NCBI GenBank assembly: GCA_001782825.1
Contig: MFPS01000006.1
Span: 84,553-148,552, forward strand
Direction: 5' to 3'
From: Candidatus Magasanikbacteria bacterium RIFCSPHIGHO2_01_FULL_33_34
Lineage (GTDB): Bacteria; Patescibacteriota; Patescibacteriia; Magasanikbacterales; UBA922
DNA length: 64,000 bases
The notes below the pieces were generated by a model, which was not told the origin of the DNA, made no database searches, and saw only the letters and a list, made by a program, of their open reading frames with translations. The translations under genes and the position numbers were made by a program. Positions within the stretch are counted from its first letter, which is position 1, and every line of letters begins with the position of its first letter. Positions 62,063 through 64,000 of this stretch are shown here, one piece after another.

Positions 62063-62542
62063 TTAGAATCTTTTTATTCGAGTATGACAATAAGGTGTGC
62101 CACCACTTTTTTCATAATATTTTTGGTGGTATTCTTCAGCAGGCCAAAATCGGTCTGATTTTAGTAGTTTGGTAGCTATTTTAAGACCTTTGTTTTCAAG
62201 AATGTTTATTAATTTTAGAGCAGTCTCTTTTTGGGTTTCACTGTTATAAAAAATAGCCGATTGATACTGTTCACCAATATCTGGCCCTTGCCTATTTACT
62301 TGTGTTGGATCATGAATCTCAAAAAATAGCTTTGCTAATGTTTCAAAATCAGTCTTTTGTTCATCAAATTCTACCGCTAGCGCCTCAATGTGACCGGTAT
62401 TGTGAGCACAGACTTCTTGGTAAGTGGGTTTTTCTTTATCCCCTCCCATAAATCCAACAGTTGTTTTCAATACGCCGGTTTCATTTTGGAAATAATATTC
62501 TACTCCCCAAAAACAACCACCAGCAAAATAAGCTGTTTGCAT
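62063..62542 (-). CDS. msrA: Peptide methionine sulfoxide reductase MsrA
   Basis: FAGGCFWG, GHIE, HDPTQ.NRQG.D.G.QY, AEEYHQKY. Confidence 0.96.
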   Translation of the reverse strand: MQTAYFAGGCFWGVEYYFQNETGVLKTTVGFMGGDKEKPTYQEVCAHNTGHIEALAVEFDEQKTDFETLAKLFFEIHDPTQVNRQGPDIGEQYQSAIFYNSETQKETALKLINILENKGLKIATKLLKSDRFWPAEEYHQKYYEKSGGTPYCHTRIKRF

Positions 62543-62543
62543 A

Positions 62544-62909
62544 TTATTGTTTTTTAAAATTAAGAGAAATAGAATTCACACAATGGCGGACATTTTTGTC
62601 AGTATGTTTCTCACCGGTAAAAACATGGCCTAGATGACCTCCGCAGTTTGCGCAAGTTATTTCTGTACGGAGTCCATCTGCGTCAGGTATTCTTTTTATA
62701 GCGCCAGGAATTTCATCGTCAAAACTTGGCCATCCACAACGGGCATCAAATTTGTCCTTTGAGCGATACAGCTCGGCATCGCATTGTTTACAGGTGTATA
62801 TGCCGGTGTCATTATGTTTTTCGTATTTCCCAGAAAATGGTCGTTCTGTGCCTTTGTCAATTATAACTCTTTTTTCTGCTTCTGTTAGATTATTGTATGG
62901 TTTGTACAT
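62544..62909 (-). CDS. msrB: Methionine-R-sulfoxide reductase MsrB
   Basis: [33 protein letters not shown]. Confidence 0.96.
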   Translation of the reverse strand: MYKPYNNLTEAEKRVIIDKGTERPFSGKYEKHNDTGIYTCKQCDAELYRSKDKFDARCGWPSFDDEIPGAIKRIPDADGLRTEITCANCGGHLGHVFTGEKHTDKNVRHCVNSISLNFKKQ

Positions 62910-62942
62910 AGAAGTTTTTTGGAATTTATTAAACTTGATTAG

Positions 62943-63458
62943 TTATTTTATGATGATGGTATCTGCTGGTAATTTTTCTTTTATTATCGCCAAGTCTATT
63001 TCTGAGTAGTTGTTGCCAGAAATATTCAAAGTTTTCAAATTTTTTAAGTTGCCAAGTTCGTAAGGTAGTCCAGTTAAGTTATTGTTTGATAAGTCTAATA
63101 TTTGTAAATTTTCCAATTGTCCAATTTCGGCAGGTACGCCTGTCATAAGGTTATTGCTTGCATTTAACACTCGCAACATTTGAAGGTGTCTAATTTCAGC
63201 TTGAATTGCTCCGGTTATTTTGTTGTTAGAAATATTAAGTTCTTCTAAATTGGTTTTACCAAAAACATATTCAGGAACTTTATTTAATTGTTGATTACTT
63301 AAGTCCAAGTTATTTTTAATTAGTTTTTTTGCTATCAGTAGAGGTACATCTTTGTTGGGTTGCTCTGTTTCAATAGTAGATTGTTTTTGTGGCTCTATCA
63401 AAGAACATCCGCTTAATAGTAGAGATAATGCTATTGTTAGTATAAGTTTGTATTTCAT
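62943..63458 (-). CDS. Leucine-rich-repeat lipoprotein
   Basis: Lipobox LLLSGC after ATG 63458; about 5 LxxLxLSNNxLTGxP repeats. Confidence 0.85.
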   Translation of the reverse strand: MKYKLILTIALSLLLSGCSLIEPQKQSTIETEQPNKDVPLLIAKKLIKNNLDLSNQQLNKVPEYVFGKTNLEELNISNNKITGAIQAEIRHLQMLRVLNASNNLMTGVPAEIGQLENLQILDLSNNNLTGLPYELGNLKNLKTLNISGNNYSEIDLAIIKEKLPADTIIIK

Positions 63459-63515
63459 ATAGTATTTTATATATAATGTTTGCTGGTAGTATAACACACT
63501 TGAACAGTTTATTAT

Positions 63516-64000
63516 TTAGTTTTCTACTTGGATTGATACTAGACCTTTTTTATTATCGCTCCATAGATAGCCGGTATATTTTTTAAGGTTTGGTGGTTCT
63601 ATTTTTAAATAAGTTTTTGGTTTATTAAAGAGAATAATCGTTTTGTATTGTTTTTTACTGATTTGTTTTTTCATTGAACATTGGTCTAAATTTCCTGAAA
63701 GGATAATTTTTTTGAATTTTAAACAAGAATTAAAAATTTGGTTGCCAAAAACTTCCATATTTTTAATAAACAAAATACGCTCATTGATATCATTGAGTTT
63801 TTCTATAGCTGATAAAAAAAGTTTTTCATTAGCACTTTCCAAAATAATTGCTTGTGTGTCGGTATTGAGTTGGCTTTCATCAGTGATATAAGCAGTTTTT
63901 GATTCATAGCCATTAATTTGTTGCAAAAAATTATCTTTGGCCATCGGGTATGCGGTTAAAAAGAGAATTTTTGATCCTTTTAAAAACAGATCAGCAAGCA
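63516..64000 (-). CDS. Hypothetical protein, 5-prime end outside the window
   Basis: Frame stays open from 63944 to the window edge (LADLFLKGSKILFLTAYPMAKDNF...). Confidence 0.6.
   Translation of the reverse strand, partial: LADLFLKGSKILFLTAYPMAKDNFLQQINGYESKTAYITDESQLNTDTQAIILESANEKLFLSAIEKLNDINERILFIKNMEVFGNQIFNSCLKFKKIILSGNLDQCSMKKQISKKQYKTIILFNKPKTYLKIEPPNLKKYTGYLWSDNKKGLVSIQVEN

Overview
AT-rich bacterial chromosome segment that spans the replication origin (yidD-rnpA-rpmH <- -> dnaA-oriC-dnaN). By eye the + strand switches from C-rich to G-rich at the dnaA-dnaN gap. Gene content and style point to a Patescibacteria/CPR (Parcubacteria-like) genome using code 11; this is an inference. 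The clues are split core operons, SD-less AT-rich starts on core genes, class II RNR, LDH, non-oxidative PPP genes, PilB, ComM and a giant secreted protein. The top finding is not in the ORF track: a complete ribosome-mediated transcription attenuator at 61880-62032 (minus strand). It has a promoter, a 21-aa leader MIKRINNSMMDMMMQNLCELS with 5 Met in 6 codons, a 16-bp antiterminator and an overlapping terminator. It lies directly upstream of a divergent DUF62/SAM hydroxide adenosyltransferase-like gene and next to msrB-msrA, suggesting a methionine-sensing salvage system. Other items: three unannotated promoter-led structured RNA candidates (35.5, 53.2 and 57.5 kb); both tRNA genes flanked by broken self-copies carrying the same class of 15-nt palindrome; gene-less 7-mer and 9-mer inverted arrays in ribosomal operons; tandem NrdR boxes; a B. 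subtilis-like DnaA-trio unwinding module; and a set of stand-alone ORFan cassettes with strong SD sites. All calls come from reading the sequence; no searches were run.
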